Source: Octopus vulgaris (Eukaryota). Taken from it: a stretch of DNA of 64,000 nucleotides. The DNA lies in contig OX597820.1 of NCBI GenBank assembly GCA_951406725.2, forward strand, positions 44,764,001-44,828,000, read 5' to 3'. The notes beneath the pieces are model-generated. The model searched no databases. It had not been told where the DNA came from and worked only from the letters and a program-made list of their open reading frames with translations. Shown here piece after piece: positions 39,378-53,514 of the stretch. Made by a program: the position numbers and the translations under genes. Each line of letters begins with the position of its first letter. The stretch's first letter is position 1.

Positions 39378-40589
39378 AAGAGAGGACCTATTAGCCTTGT
39401 CAAAGACACAGCAACCTTTCTATTGCTGGTGTCATAAGATACATCCAAGACACTTCAAGAAGTGTTTGGTGTTACGGAGGGCATCAAAACTATATCAAAA
39501 TGGTAAGTGTGGGCAAGACATGTTCCTCTGAACCATCTAGGAGAGCAATAAGTCTAGATAAGAACTGATGGGGAATCTGTCCAACCCATGCTAACATGAA
39601 AAGCAGGCATAACAGGTTGATTATACTCACTCACACACACATATACCATATTTTTCGGCATACAAGTAAAATTTTTCAGACCAGTATTTACAGCCAAAAA
39701 AGGTAGAGCAACTTATACACCAACACGACTTGAAAGACCAAATACACAGCAGGATTTGGAAAGAGAGTTGGATGTTAAAATTGCATGTTTACACTATATA
39801 ACTACATTGACTTGTATGCTGGAAAATATACCTTATATATTAACTACTTATTTACAAATATATACTTCACATCATGCACTAACTGCCCCAAGTGAGCACA
39901 TAGAAATTCGTTTGATAGTGTCTCAGCTGGAAGAAGAAAGCTCAAAAATATCATTTGTATATTCATTTATATTTATCTATGTGCCCAGTAGTTCACATAA
40001 GACTAGCTGTACAAAGATCATGAGTTCAAATCTAATGCAGGTATTTCATTATTCTATATAATAATGAAACAGAAATAGATAAAAATGTCATAGAGAATAC
40101 TCTATCTTACAGGTTCGTTATCAGTGGCCCTAAAAAAATGACATACACCCCACCCACATATATATACTCACTCACTCATACACACACACACATGCCATGC
40201 CTATCTTGGCTTTTAAAATAGATACACTGTAACCTTTTATGTTATAAGGGGCAAATAGAAGAATTTTGACATCAAGAAGGGAATCCAGCCATAAAGCTCT
40301 GTCAAAAATATCCAGTATAACCGAAGGTAGCTTAAAAAGGTAGCTGTAAAAATGACATTAATAATAATGACATGTGCATCTGCATGCATGTATGCATGCA
40401 CTCACACAAATATATACACATATATGCACACACATATATTTACATACTTACATGTATACATATGTACACACACATATATATTTTACGTGTGTATATGTGT
40501 GCATGTGGATATGTATGTAAACACACACACACACACACACACACACAGATATATACTCACACATACATACAAATGCGCACACTTTATAT

Positions 40590-40842
40590 GAGTGGCTGTC
40601 AACCATTTTTTTACCTACTGACTCCTTTGATTCCTATTTTATTCAGATGAACCCCCATAGCCATTTGATAAAAAAGGTCCTATTATATTTTTATAATTAA
40701 ATATTATTTGGAATTGTATAAAAAATATATTAAAATATTTTGTGTATTGTAGAAGTATGACCGATTCATTTCACATAAATTTTAGCAGCAAAATCTTATC
40801 TGGGACCCCAAGGACCGTATGGGCCCCAGTTGAGAACCACTG
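40590..40842. mobile_element. hAT/Charlie-type MITE (second copy 59442-60071 interrupted by a SINE)
   Basis: Termini resembling CAGTGGTTCTCAAC ... GTTGAGAACCACTG. Confidence 0.75.
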
Positions 40843-41777
40843 ATAAAAAGAATACTAAATAACGAAGGCAATAAAATAACATAAAATTTACCTCTCATTA
40901 ATAGAAGATCAATCGTATATGGCTTGTAGAAGCCAATTTCAGATGTTATCCATGAATATTCGGTAAAAGCATCAGTACTGCTGTTAAGTACTAACTGTGA
41001 TTGAGAACGGTTCTTCATTGCTGCTCAGTAAGTGAGCGACTTCGCGTAGAAACGGATCATAAAGTGAGATACAAACTATATTGTAACGAACATTGCTAAA
41101 ACCACTACTACTATTATTACTGCAACTACTACTATTACTACAATACATGAACAAATGTATGAGGAAACCACTTTAAATGTGGAAGTTTGACCAAAAATTT
41201 AAATCTAAGAATGACTGTCTCGGCAAAACTAGGTGTGTATATGCATTGTATTGAATATGTATATATATATGAATGTAAGTAGGTAGGTGTATAAATCTGT
41301 CATGTAATGCTTGAATAGTTCAATCATAGATGTTATTTATAAAGTGTATAGAACATAACATGTTTTTTTTTCTTTTTCCTCCCCCAGGTCACATGGTTAT
41401 CAACATGATTTTATTGAGTTAGATTAACAACAAAAGTAGTGGTGGTGGTGGGTAGTTGGTGGTGGTGGTTGTAGTTGGTGGTGGTGGTTGTAGTTGGTGG
41501 TGGTGGTAGTAGTAGTAGTTGGTGTTAACATGGGGTGAAACTAAAATTCACCTACACACCTTTTGAAATAGAGAGAAATATTAATGTGTGTGTGTATGTA
41601 TATGTTCCATAGGCCTACATCTAGAGCAATTGCACTTACATACATAAGGTTTTATAATGAATTCTTTGGTACGCATATATATATGTATAGCTTGGGTTTT
41701 CATTAGGTATACACCCACATATGTGCACCCATCACACATACATACATATATAAGCATACGTATTCACACAAACTGTA

Positions 41778-41811
<34 letters not shown>

Positions 41812-42262
41812 GAAAGAGGCAAAGACAGAGAGAATGGGTGGGGATGGGCACACATTTTAAAAATGAAATCAAGTTCTCTTTAATTGTTTGTAGTCTGAAA
41901 AATGTTTCTAAACAGACAAAACATCAAGGCCTTTTGTAATTTAAAATAAAACAGTGACGACAACAAGAACAACATCAACAAAACGAAGGAAACTGGTTTA
42001 GTTAGTTAAAGAGTGGAGAAAATTAAAGTTGTATAAAAAGTCTGATATACAAAAGGGGATATTTAGATATATTCAGTGTGTAAGGCCGCCAAAAGTCCAT
42101 CCGTGTGTAATTTGGTACAACATAAACTAATAAACCTGAATGACAACATAGACAGCTGAATATGTATGTATGTGTGTGTATATGTGTGTGTGTATGTATA
42201 TTTATATATATGTACAAACGTGTACAAATATACATACATATATACACATATACACATGTATG

Positions 42263-42294
<32 letters not shown>

Positions 42295-42394
42295 GGTATA
42301 TATGTGTATAGAATATACGTTTTTGAGAAAGTGTATGCGTGTGTAATTGTAACATTATATATACATGTATATATGTGTTTGTGTATATATATAT

Positions 42395-42950
42395 TATGTC
42401 AGGTCACTTTTGAGTGCTACTAGTAACATGTAAGCCAGTACAACCTGTTGCATGGTCAGGTCGTCGGCGACTAAACCGGCAGCCCCACCAAGCTTGCTTG
42501 GTGAGGAGGGTGTTTATTGGACACCCTGCAGGATGAAAAACAAAACCTGTCAAAGGGCGGAGGAACTCTTGAGAGCCAACGGCCATCCAATAAATGTCTT
42601 AAGGGTGTATCATGCGTGGGGACATAGAAATAATCGGACTTAATACCCGGTCGTGCGGTTAAACCATTGGAAGTGAAGGACTCCTAGCCTTTGTTAGGGC
42701 ATCCTTCTCGGAGAGGGTAACTCAGGTAACTGGGATAACTCTGAAATAAAACCTGCGGCTCATTAGTTACCGATGATGCTGACTTGTTCTTTTTTTCGGA
42801 TTATGGCTGCTGTTGCTTAGTGAGTGGGATTGACTCAGTGCACAGCCTTTCCTCACTTTAAAAAATCTTCTTGCACAGGCATTGCACGATAACAACATTG
42901 ATTAAGCTTCATGCAATGGCCATACTTGATAACGAGGGGGCAGCCACCAT
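42395..42950 (+). mobile_element. GC-richer non-coding element resembling an RTE-LINE 5'UTR, between (TA)n tracts
   Basis: Sharp composition change; several hairpins; GGGCATCC...GGAGAGGGTAACTC, ACTCTGAAATAAAACC and CTTTCCTCACTTTAAAAAATC resemble recalled RTE 5'UTR motifs. Confidence 0.5.
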
Positions 42951-44189
42951 ATATATATATATATATATATAGTTTAAAATGAGCGCTTTTCATATGCATT
43001 AAAACAGTAGACGTTAACTGAGAACACAGCAGAAGTTATCATCGTCATCACCATCATCATTTAACATCAATTTTCCATACTAGCAAGAGTTAGATGGTTT
43101 GATTGGAGATGGTAAGCTGGAGAGCTAATCTAGCACCAATCTGTTTTAGCTTGGTTTCTATGGCTGGATGTCTTTCCTAATGTCAATCACTCCTCAGAGT
43201 GCATTGGATACCTTTTATGTGTCACTGGCATGAGTGCCTGTTACATGTCACCAGCACATGTTACCAGTACTAGGCCATGACCATGATTTTACTTAGCCTG
43301 ATGTGCCTTCTCAAGCACAGTAATTTTACAGAAGTCTCGATCTCTTGGTCATTGCTTCTGTGAGACTCAACATCCGAAGATCACATTTCACAACTTCATC
43401 TCATGTCTTCCCAAGTCTACCTTTCCACATGTTCCTTCCAGAATTAGAGGTCAGCACCTCAGTATGCAACAATCCTCAGAGTTAAATAATTATAATAAAG
43501 TTTTTATTGACTCTTATTTCAAAGCTTTTCTGAGTGAATGGCTTATCTCTCTTACTTTATATATAAATCCAAATTAAGGGAGTGGAATGGATGAAATCTA
43601 GCTGATCCTCTAATGAATATAATAATTATTCAATGAGGGGTACTCAACTTAATTAATCATCAGGTATATGAAGGTAATATTGTCGCTTGGAATTTCCAGG
43701 TTAGCTCACTGTAGATGTAAGTCGAAATGAATAGTGAAACTATAAGAACAGAATAAAAAGACAAATGTTTGAAGAAATAAAATGGTCAAGAAATAAGAAG
43801 AGGCAGGAACGAGGCTAAATATGTAGAAATTGTCTAAGGTTGACAGGAATGAAGGAAAGGAGAGGGGGAAGAGAGAGGAGGTGCAAGCAGATAGCTACTG
43901 TTGTTAAGGGGAAAGAATGGCTGTCATAAATATTTAACTGGGATAGCAAAGAAACATGTGTAGACTGGATTTTATGTATTCCACTCCCTCAATTTTGATT
44001 TTTATCCCTAGCAATTCTGGTTGCTAACCATGAGCTGTGTAGAAATTTAGAACTTATCGAATTTCCTTGTAACTTTAATATGGGAAAAAGTGTGCAACCT
44101 TTGACACCAATAAATTGTTATTGTTTCTGATTGTACACTATCCACTTTATTTTCCATACCTGCCACGGACTGCTTGAAGCTTTTATAAA

Positions 44190-45396
44190 CCTCAAAGTTA
44201 AGATAAACAAAGTTCTTTTTTAATCTAAAATTTATTCTCGTTCATTTTCTATAATGCTCTTCCATCTATCCACAGCCCCTCTTCCAAAATTCACTTGTCT
44301 GTGATGAAAAATACTCCTCCAGTACTGTTCTGACCTCATCTACAGAATTCATCCAAATCATTTTGAAGACTGCAGAATAAATAATAACCAGATGGGGCAA
44401 TGTCCGGCGAATATGGTGGATGGGGCATCATTTCCCATTCAAACTGCTCCAGCCTTTGGAATATCATCCTCGCTGTATGAGGCTGAGAATTATCCTGATG
44501 GAAGAACACTTTCCATCTTGAAACCAAAGATGATTGTTTTCCTCTTAGCGTTGACTTAAGCTGCTCAGAGTAGATCTCCTTTATTATTGTTTGGTTTGGG
44601 TTTAAAAGTTCAAAGTGAACAAAACCTTTCATATCCCACCAAACAGATAACACTGCCTTATATGGGTGAAGACCTTTAGCCTGGGGTGCCAGTGTTTCTC
44701 CTTTCCCTACTCACTGCGTTTGGTGCTTGACATTTTTACAGAGAACCCATTTCTCGCTACCAGTCACTATTCGGACCAAAATATGGTTCGTTCGTGAGAT
44801 GTGACAGCAAAGAAGAGCTCACATTCACTCTCTGTGCGTAATTAGACTTGGAAAATTTGTGAGGAATCCATTGACCCAATCTGCTGACTTTTCTGATGGC
44901 ATGCAGGTGTCAATGAATGATTGAATGGCCAAATCCAAGATTTTCTGCTACTTCCTCAACAATTATGATGGGATTTTGTTCCACCAGGGTTTGCAAGATG
45001 TCCTTGTCAAGCTCTACAGATCTTCCAGGATGAGGCTCATCTTCTAGGTTGTGGTTTCCAGCTTGAACATTCTGGAACCACCACTGACACTGGCTTATCC
45101 TTATTGTCTGATCTTCATATACTACATTTATATTCCTCACATTTTCCATTGCGTTGTTGCCTTTATTGAACTCATAAATAAAAATATGCCAAATATGCTC
45201 TTTTGTCACGTCCATTAAAGCTTTGAAAAAAATAATTGTTAAAATCGAACTGCACTCTTCAAAACTTGCACTAAGAATAAGTACAAGGTAAAATTACTAC
45301 CTGCTTTTATAGCAAGTTGATGCAGATAGTTTATCCCGTTTCCCTCTGACTTTTAGTTTATGCAATTGAAAAAAACCACATTAAGGGATGACCCAA
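44190..45396 (-). mobile_element. decayed mariner (DD34D-type) transposon
   Basis: Fragments LEDEPHPGRS, WIPH, VTGSEKW, WWDMKG, HQDNSQPH, HPPYSPDIAPSGY; terminus TA-TTGGGTCATCCC. Confidence 0.9.
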
Positions 45397-45759
45397 TATA
45401 TATATATATATATATCTATATATATAAACATATATAGCATATATATATATATATATATAAACATATATAGCATATATATATAAAAACATATATAGCATAT
45501 ATATATATATATATATTATATATTACATATACATATATAACATAACAGATGTATATATGTAAGTATACACACCTATCAGTTGTTACTGAGTTGTCTCCAA
45601 TGTGTGTTTGTGTATGTGTACAAAACAGCTGTATCAATATATATATGTAGACACCTATTTGTTGGTTATTGATTCCCCAATCAGCTTTTCAGCTCATCTC
45701 AATTTCACCCAAGACACAATAATCAATCAATCAACTAGCACCAAATCCCAAATGCTTAC

Positions 45760-46420
45760 TATAGGCACAAGGCCTGAAATTTGGGGAAGGGGGATAATCG
45801 ACTACATCGACCCCAGAGTGTAACTGGTACTTAATTTATTGACTCCAAAAGCATGAAAGGCAAAGTTGATGTTGGCGGAATTTGAACTCAGAACATAAAG
45901 ATGGATGAAATGCAGCTAAGCATCTTACCCAGCGTGCTAATGATTCTACCAGCTCGCCACCTTAAGAAAATAATAATAACAAAAAAAAAAATAATAATAA
46001 TAATAGTTTCAATTTTGGTACAAGGCCAGCAATTTTTTGGGGGAAGGTGTGAGTCAATTACGTCAACCCCAAGGATGTAAGGCAAAGTTAGCATCAGCAG
46101 TATTTGAACTCTTTATATAAAGTCAGTAGAAATACCTATTTCTTTACTACCCACAAGGGGCTAAACACAGAGGAGACAAACAAGAAGAGACAGACGGATT
46201 AAATTGATTATATCGACCCCAGTGCGTAACTGGTACTTATTTAATTGACCCCAAAAGGATGAAAGGCAAAGTCGACCTCGGAGGAATTTGAACTCAGAAC
46301 ATAACAACAGATGAAATACGGCTACGCATTTCGCCTGGCGTGCTAACGTTTCTACCAGCTCACAGAAATACCATTAAGCATTTCACCTGGTATGGTCACA
46401 ATTCTGACCCCTTGTTGCCT
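45760..46420 (-). repeat. nested/tandem family-A SINE cluster
   Basis: Three successive copies with the GAATTTGAACTC-type reverse B-box and shared core. Confidence 0.8.
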
Positions 46421-49392
46421 TAACAACAACAACCACCACAAAGGATGAGGCTACAATTTGAATAGGTAAAAACTGAGAATATTGCTGAGTGATGTGAAGA
46501 GGAAGGGGTATGAATGATGAAAGAAGTTAAATAGGAAGGTGAAACTAGATAAAAATAAACTAATCTAGCTTTCTAACCATTGGGTCAGCACCACTGTCCC
46601 AATTATTCTAATAAGATAAATCAATAAATATGAAAATAAAAAGTCTATTGATCTCTTGTAGACCACCAGCTGAGCTAGGGTATCCCCCCCACCTATTCTC
46701 TATGTGACTCAATACAGCAAGTCAAGGCTTTAATGTGTCAGGCTACTGGCTGAAATTGTTGACAATTCAAATTTTTATGCTGCTGCTGTAGTTTAGCCTC
46801 TAGTTAATCCTGACCGAGTAAATCTATGACTAAAGACACTTCAGACATGACAATTACATCTTTTATCCCAGACATTGTGTAACTAGGATTACATAATCTA
46901 ATGTGTCCTCCTATCTGAAGGCAGCAGAGTATGATCTGTGAGGAATTTGGCTACTATTTCTAGCGTGTTGATTTAACACATCCCTCAGTGGCTAAATTCC
47001 ATTCTTGTTACCTGTGATATATTGTGTGTATGGCAGAAACTCTAAACTCTCATACTGCCCAGTTCACAAAGTTGTAAATTGGTACCACACACAGGAGAGA
47101 GACAGTTGGCTATTACATGAGTATAGTGTAACATATGAGTGTTTTATCTTGCAGTGTTGGCAGAAGATTTAATAAAAGACAACATATAGAACACTGCTTC
47201 CATTAATAAGACTAGCAGAAAGACAACCCTCCGGGCGGTTTTCTGCTAGCCAATGGATAATATTTTCACATTTGATTTCCAATTCTAATAATTTTTATAT
47301 TTTACGTCTAATTTTGCTTAGTAAATATTGTTTTCTTTACTTTATCAGTCATAATCTCTCTTTTTTAAACAAACATCATGGTAGTTCAACAGCAGAGGGA
47401 GAATCACTTTGTCAAGTTTTACCTTCCCCTCAAAGCACAGCCCATCTATAAGCTTTGCATTGTGTGTGTGTGTGTGTGTGTGAAAGAGAGAGCGGGGAGG
47501 GAGAGAAATTATACATGTATTTTAAAAAATTTTCATTCAATAAATAATGTTTTTACATTACGTATACATTAATAGAATAGACTGTCAGTTTTCCAAATAG
47601 TAAATTAAAACTTGAAATGTAAACATTGAGAGAGAAACTGAAAGACTTTGCAAATGAAAATGGAATACTCTGTAGTGAATGTAATGAATATTTAAATTTG
47701 CAAAGAATTGGATGCAGTGAATGCAATGAACATTTAAATTTATGAGAAATTGGAGTTAAGAATTTCAATAAACTTGAGGAATTGAAATTATAGGAAATTT
47801 CTTAGAACATGAATTAATAAAAAATATTTCCAGACGGTCGAGCTTTTAATATTGCTTTCTTTTAGTACTTTTAGTAATTGTTACATACCTAATTAATAAG
47901 TAGCTTTCTCCATTATAGTATAGATATTTAATAATCTAATGAGAGAGCCTCTACACTGCTGTTCAACCTACTAGAAAAAAGACCAAGCTAAATCTCCCTC
48001 AAACCATATCCTGCAGTCTTATAAAAGGACAGATTGAATAATATTGTCTAGAGTACATTATTCCAGGCAAGGAAAAGATGATATGGTCTTAGCAAGAATG
48101 GCCTTCATTCATAGGTCTGTCTGCTCTATCAGATGACCTAATATAAGGTTAAGTAACAATGAACAACCAGACAACTAAAGTTGACTTTCTGAAACGTTTT
48201 GAAAACTCAGAATTGTCATAACATGGAAAATACTACCCGTGCTGGTTGTTGGCTGTCAGGACTTTGCATCCTTCAAAAATTCAATGCTTCTCAAAATTTA
48301 CCAAGCAGTTGTCATGATTATATATTTATTTATTCATTTCCAAATGATAATGGAAAATGAATTTTTCTGAAAGTGCTTTTAAAACATCACCAATTCTATT
48401 AGCAGGAGAAATTAAAATAGTCTTCACTGTCTATTTAGGTAGACAAAACACACAGAGAAGTGAATGGAAAAATAATAACATATATACAAATGAAAGAATT
48501 TTAGTCAAAAACAGTAAATGAAATATTTGACACATTCTAATATAATCTGGTTCATTGTTAAAAGAGTTAAATAGTTCTTGGAATTCCATACAAGAGGTCA
48601 TTTGCATCAGTTTTATATAACTTTAATGAAAAAGCTAATGATCTAGCCTAAGAGTAGAGAACCCACAGCCACAAGGCCTTATGCAACACTGAAAGCCCAT
48701 AAGTTCAACTTTCTGAAAGAAGCTTTTTTTTCATAAAATATACATTTTTCGTTGGTTACAGACTTTTATAAATATTATAATGTCCTATGCTTAAAGAAAA
48801 AAAAAGTTAATTAAAATGTCAGTTTACATTTTTTTTTTTTTCCTTTGGTATCTATAATTATATTTTACAAATGGAATGAAAGCTCCATTTAGGACAGTAA
48901 CTGATAGGGATTGTGGTGTTCCTTTCAAACCATGTCTGTATGTAAAGCAGACATAGAATGATTATCATAATGATTTTCGCAATAAGTATAAATACATTTT
49001 CCCATAAAATAATAGGCGTAGTTTGTTTCCCAGTCAGATTGGATGGTTGGGTGGTGCCTTGAGCAAATTTCTTTTGTTGTAGGTCTAGACTGACCAACAC
49101 CCTGAGAGCAATTTTTGTAGAAGAAAACTGAAAGAAGTTCATTATTTATATGTATGTATGTATGTTTGCATTGCATGCATTTTCCTGATCACTTGACAAG
49201 CAGTGTTGGTTTGTTTACACCCTTGTAACTTAGCACTTCAAAAAAAAAGAAAAAGAGAGACTGATAGAGTAAATGAAAATTAAATACCGAGTTCAAAGCA
49301 GTGTCCCAACATGGATGCAGTTTAATAACTGAAATAAGTAAGATAGATACTTGTATATTTTACAACATTGTATCATTATTTAATCCACTGTT

Positions 49393-49746
49393 ATTACTTC
49401 TGCCTTAGCGAAGGGGGAGGTATTGTTTTCCGTTGTGTTTGTTTGTTTGTCCAGAGACAAGATATCTCAAGAACCACTGGATGGATTTGGATGAAACTTT
49501 CAAGGGTGTTTGGCCTCATGACTGGCACGAACTGATTAGATTTTGGTATAGGACAAGGATTCTGGTTTATTTTTCTTGTTTTTTACTGAATTTTTGAGAG
49601 TGGTCGGGTTCATTTTTAGTATCCTCGCTTGAGAGAGCAGTCGAGTTTATTTCAGATATTCTCATTTTAAAAATCAATTCTGGTTAATCATTGAGATGAG
49701 GTTGGTGTTGCCTTGGCAGAGGTTTGTGCCCTCTGAGTGCTCTTGT
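49393..49746 (+). mobile_element. Helentron-associated (DINE-1/HINE-like) non-autonomous element
   Basis: Subterminal inverted repeats CTTCTGCC / GGCAGAGG, (GTTT)n microsatellite, 3' palindrome GTGCCCTCTGAGTGC, T-rich flanks. Confidence 0.65.
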
Positions 49747-50919
49747 TTATATTGTTACTGATATATGGGCACCTTTAGTGGAGTCTACTCTATTAAAAGC
49801 ATTTGGGTTAGGTCTTCAGTCTAAGGATAACTGTTTCCTTATCACCCACCTTGATCTTGGAGACCCTGAAGAAAGGGTAAGGGGTAGTGCCCTTTCTGTT
49901 TTAATTAAGCCATTATTAAAAGAAAAATAACAACATAGATACAGGCATGACAGTGTGGTAAGAAGCTTGCTTCCCAACCACATGGTTCTGAGTTCAGCAT
50001 CACTGCATGGCACCTTGGATTAGTGTCTTCTATAGCCAAGGGCTGACCAAAGCCATGTGAATGGATGTGGTGGACAGAAAATGAAAAAAGCTTTTCGTAT
50101 GTATGTGTGTGTGCGTGTACCCCTATACAGTTTGACAACCAGTGTTGGTGTGTTTATGTCCCTATAACTTAGCAGTTTGACAATAGAGACTGATAGAATA
50201 AGTGCCAAGCTTAACAAAAAGTAAGTACAGATGTTGATTCATTTGACTAAAAATTTTCCAAGGTGGTGCCCCAACATGGCCAGTCTAATGACTGAAACAA
50301 GTAAAAGATAAAAGATAAGCATAAAATACTGATCTTTCACATTATTAGTATTGATTTCTCATGTTATTGTTTTATTAATAATTATGTTTCATGCACAATA
50401 AGAAATGTCAGCTTTTATAGATATAATCTATGGACAGAAACATTTAGTATATTCTGCTGTATTTCAAAGGTGAAGGACCTTTTATCATAAGAAACATACA
50501 TATACTTTTGTTATTTTAAAGAAAGCCTTTTCACAGGGTAAGATATAAAACTGAGAATATATTTGAAATAAATCCTTTTGTCAAAGGATAAAAAATAAAA
50601 CAAAACAGTATTGCAATACACTTAATGGCAATATATATTCCCACTTAAATGTGGATGTTCTGTAAAAACAAGCTTTACTAATGTAGATACCATGAGAGAA
50701 ACTCTCATACAGGCTTTTGGTGCAAAATGTATGCTTGTTTATATTGATAGTGGGGAGATAACTCCTTACCAACTCTAGCACCAAGACCACCAGATCATGT
50801 GATTTCAACCTTCCTTGGTCTCATCAGTGATGGACACTCGACTACTAGAGATAGTAGTGACTCATTTCCCTGCTAGCAATATATAGAAAACCAGTGTCCA
50901 AACAGACACAGATGTTGCA

Positions 50920-51580
50920 CCCCCGTGCCAGTGGCACGTAAAAAGCACCATCCAATCATGGCCATTGCCAGCCTTGCCTGGCCCCCATGCCGGTGGCATG
51001 TAAAAAGCACCATCCGACCATGGCCGTTTGCCAGCCCCGTCTGGCACCTGTGCTGGTGGCATGTAAAAAGCACCTACTACACTCACGGAGTGGTTGGCGT
51101 TAGGAAGGGCATCTAGTCGTAGAAACATTGCCAGATCAGACCGGGCCTGGTGCAGCCTTCTGGCTTCCCAGACTCCAGTTGAACCGTCCAACCCATGCTA
51201 GCATGGAAAGCGGACGCTAAATGATGATGATGATGACTTGGTATTAATACTGCCTCTGTTGCTAATCATCATCATCATTTAATGTCTGCTTTCCATACTA
51301 GCATGGGCTGGACGATTTGACAGAGGACTGGCGAACCAGATGGCTGCACCAGGCTCCAATCTGATCTGGAAGAATTTCTACAGCTGGATGCCCTTTCTAA
51401 CACCAACCACTCCGAGAATGTAGTGGGTGCTTTTACATTCAACTGGCACGAGGGCCAGTCTGGCCGTACTGGCAACAGCCACGCTCAAATAGTGCTTTTT
51501 ACACCCCACTGGCATGGGTGCCAGTCATTGAATTTGGTTCAATTTTGATTTCACTTGCCCCAACAGGTCTTTGCAAGCAG
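50920..51580. repeat. tail-to-tail pair of RTE 3'UTR copies
   Basis: + copy ends in (GAT)n at ~51235; - copy starts with (ATC)n at ~51265. Confidence 0.85.
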
Positions 51581-52165
51581 AGTTTAGTGTCTAGTGAAGG
51601 AAAGTTGGCATGGGTGCCAGTCGTAACAAAATACATTTAATATTTAATAAATAGTGAATTGGTAGAAGTTTTAGAATGTCATATAGAATGCCTTGTGGCA
51701 TTTAGTTCCAGCTTTCCACAGACTAAGTTAAAATCTCACTGAGGTTGGCTTTGCTTTCCATCTCTTTGGGGTTAAAAAAGTACCAATCATATACTGAGGC
51801 TCTTTCCCCACCTTCCTCCCACACTCTTTCTCTCTCTCTGAACCATCTATGCTGAAGGGGCCAAAAAAACAAAGCATTCATTTTACAGTCCACCAATCTT
51901 TCCACAATAACTCTGTGAACTCACTGAGAAATAAGGAAATTCTACACTAAAACAAAAGACATGTTTTTTAACTCTTATTTCTGTCAGTCATTAGACTTGA
52001 GCCATGCAGGGGCACCACTTTCAAAGAGTTTTGTTCAATCATATCAATGCTAGTATTTATTATAATCTCTATTGAATTACTGATATTATGTCAAAGGATG
52101 CAATTCTACACACCATTTTATAGAAGTATATATAAACACAGACACACACACACATGATGGAGGAA

Positions 52166-52570
52166 AAATGCTCCCAGGGGCATCCTGTCTTGAATTCCTC
52201 TGTTATTGCCTGGAGGACTATGATAAATAGGAGGGGGCTGAGGACTGAACCTTGGTGGATCCCTACCTGGGATTCTTCACTGTACTTGTTGCCAACCCTC
52301 ACCTTACTGACAGCATCCCTGTACATGGCTTGCATAGCTCCCACTAACCATTCATCTATCCCTAGTTTCCTCATTGACCACCAGATAAGGAATTGGGGGA
52401 CCGTGTCAAAGGCTTTCTCCATGTCAACAAAAACTAGGTACAGAGGTTTATCTTTGGCTAGGTATTTCTCCAGCAGCTGTCTTACCAGAACTATAGCATC
52501 AGTGGTGCTTTTCCCTGGCACGAACCCAAACTGCATCTCTTCTAAACTGACTCTCTCCCTAATTAGTTAG
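52166..52570 (-). mobile_element. RTE-type LINE reverse transcriptase fragment
   Basis: QFGFVPGKSTTDAI, FVDMEKAFDTVP, GIHQGSVLSPLLF RT motifs. Confidence 0.92.
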
Positions 52571-52574
52571 GTTA

Positions 52575-52622
<48 letters not shown>

Positions 52623-53281
52623 AGGCGGGCTTCTCTCAGTTTGCATTTGAATATTTTGTACTGAAAGTAACTTTTTGTTTAGTAGACAACAGTCACTCAG
52701 ATATCAACGTAAGAAGTCATAAGGTGAATGCACAATGAAGGTTTTGAGCCACTCCTAATAGGAAGACTCTCAGTTAAATTGATGATGTCATCATATTTAA
52801 TTTGGTAGGTTTGTAGGAAGTATGTGGCTGGTGATATTACAAAACTACTGAGTCACACACACACACATACCAATACATACAAGTATATATACACATACAT
52901 ACAAATACATAAGTATACACATACATACATACACACACTCACACACCCACCCACACACATATATATACATATGCATACGAATGTATATATATATGTATAT
53001 ATGTATGTATATATAAACACACATACATATACGTATGTGTGTGTATGTATGGGGGTTTTACGAAGTTAATTCTAAATAAAAATATCATTTGGTTAAATAT
53101 GACCCAGTTTGTGATTAAACTGTCTTCGAATCAAGACACAACTCTATAAAACTTATGTAACAAGAAAATAGGACACACTACTTCCTAAAGTTACAAGTAC
53201 TTTATTTTGTACCTGTTAACCTTCTTCTTATGAACAATCACACAGGAATATATGTATACCATTATCATCTGCATCGTTTAA

Positions 53282-53514
53282 CCCTTAGGAGATTAGAGGG
53301 CCAATCCATCGGCCAAAAATTTGAATGCCAAAGAAGATTGTATTAGTTCATTCAGTTTCTTACAAGAATATATCCAGTTTTATATATGTAAAATAATTAC
53401 TTTATTTTTTCATAATTCTTTTTAAAAAATACGTGCATACCCTCTGTAGGGCATGTGAAAAGGGCTCTATCTTCTTGGTACTGAAACTCCAAATGAGGCT
53501 CTGTCTCCAAAGGG
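53282..53514. mobile_element. piggyBac-type MITE (third family)
   Basis: TTAA-CCCTTAGGAGA ... TCTCCAAAGGG-TTAA. Confidence 0.8.

Noticed and set aside
42023-42135. Possible minus-strand exon after TCATTCAG (GLLVYVVPNYTRMDFWRPY...)
   Set aside because: No recognisable homology and no convincing donor or partner exon.
47212-47249. Rho-independent terminator
   Set aside because: The window is eukaryotic (spliceosomal introns, SINEs) with no bacterial gene context.
50920-51080. CRISPR-like repeats (TGGCAYGTAAAAAGCACC units with variable spacers)
   Set aside because: Internal subrepeats of the RTE 3'UTR found in many dispersed copies; no cas genes.
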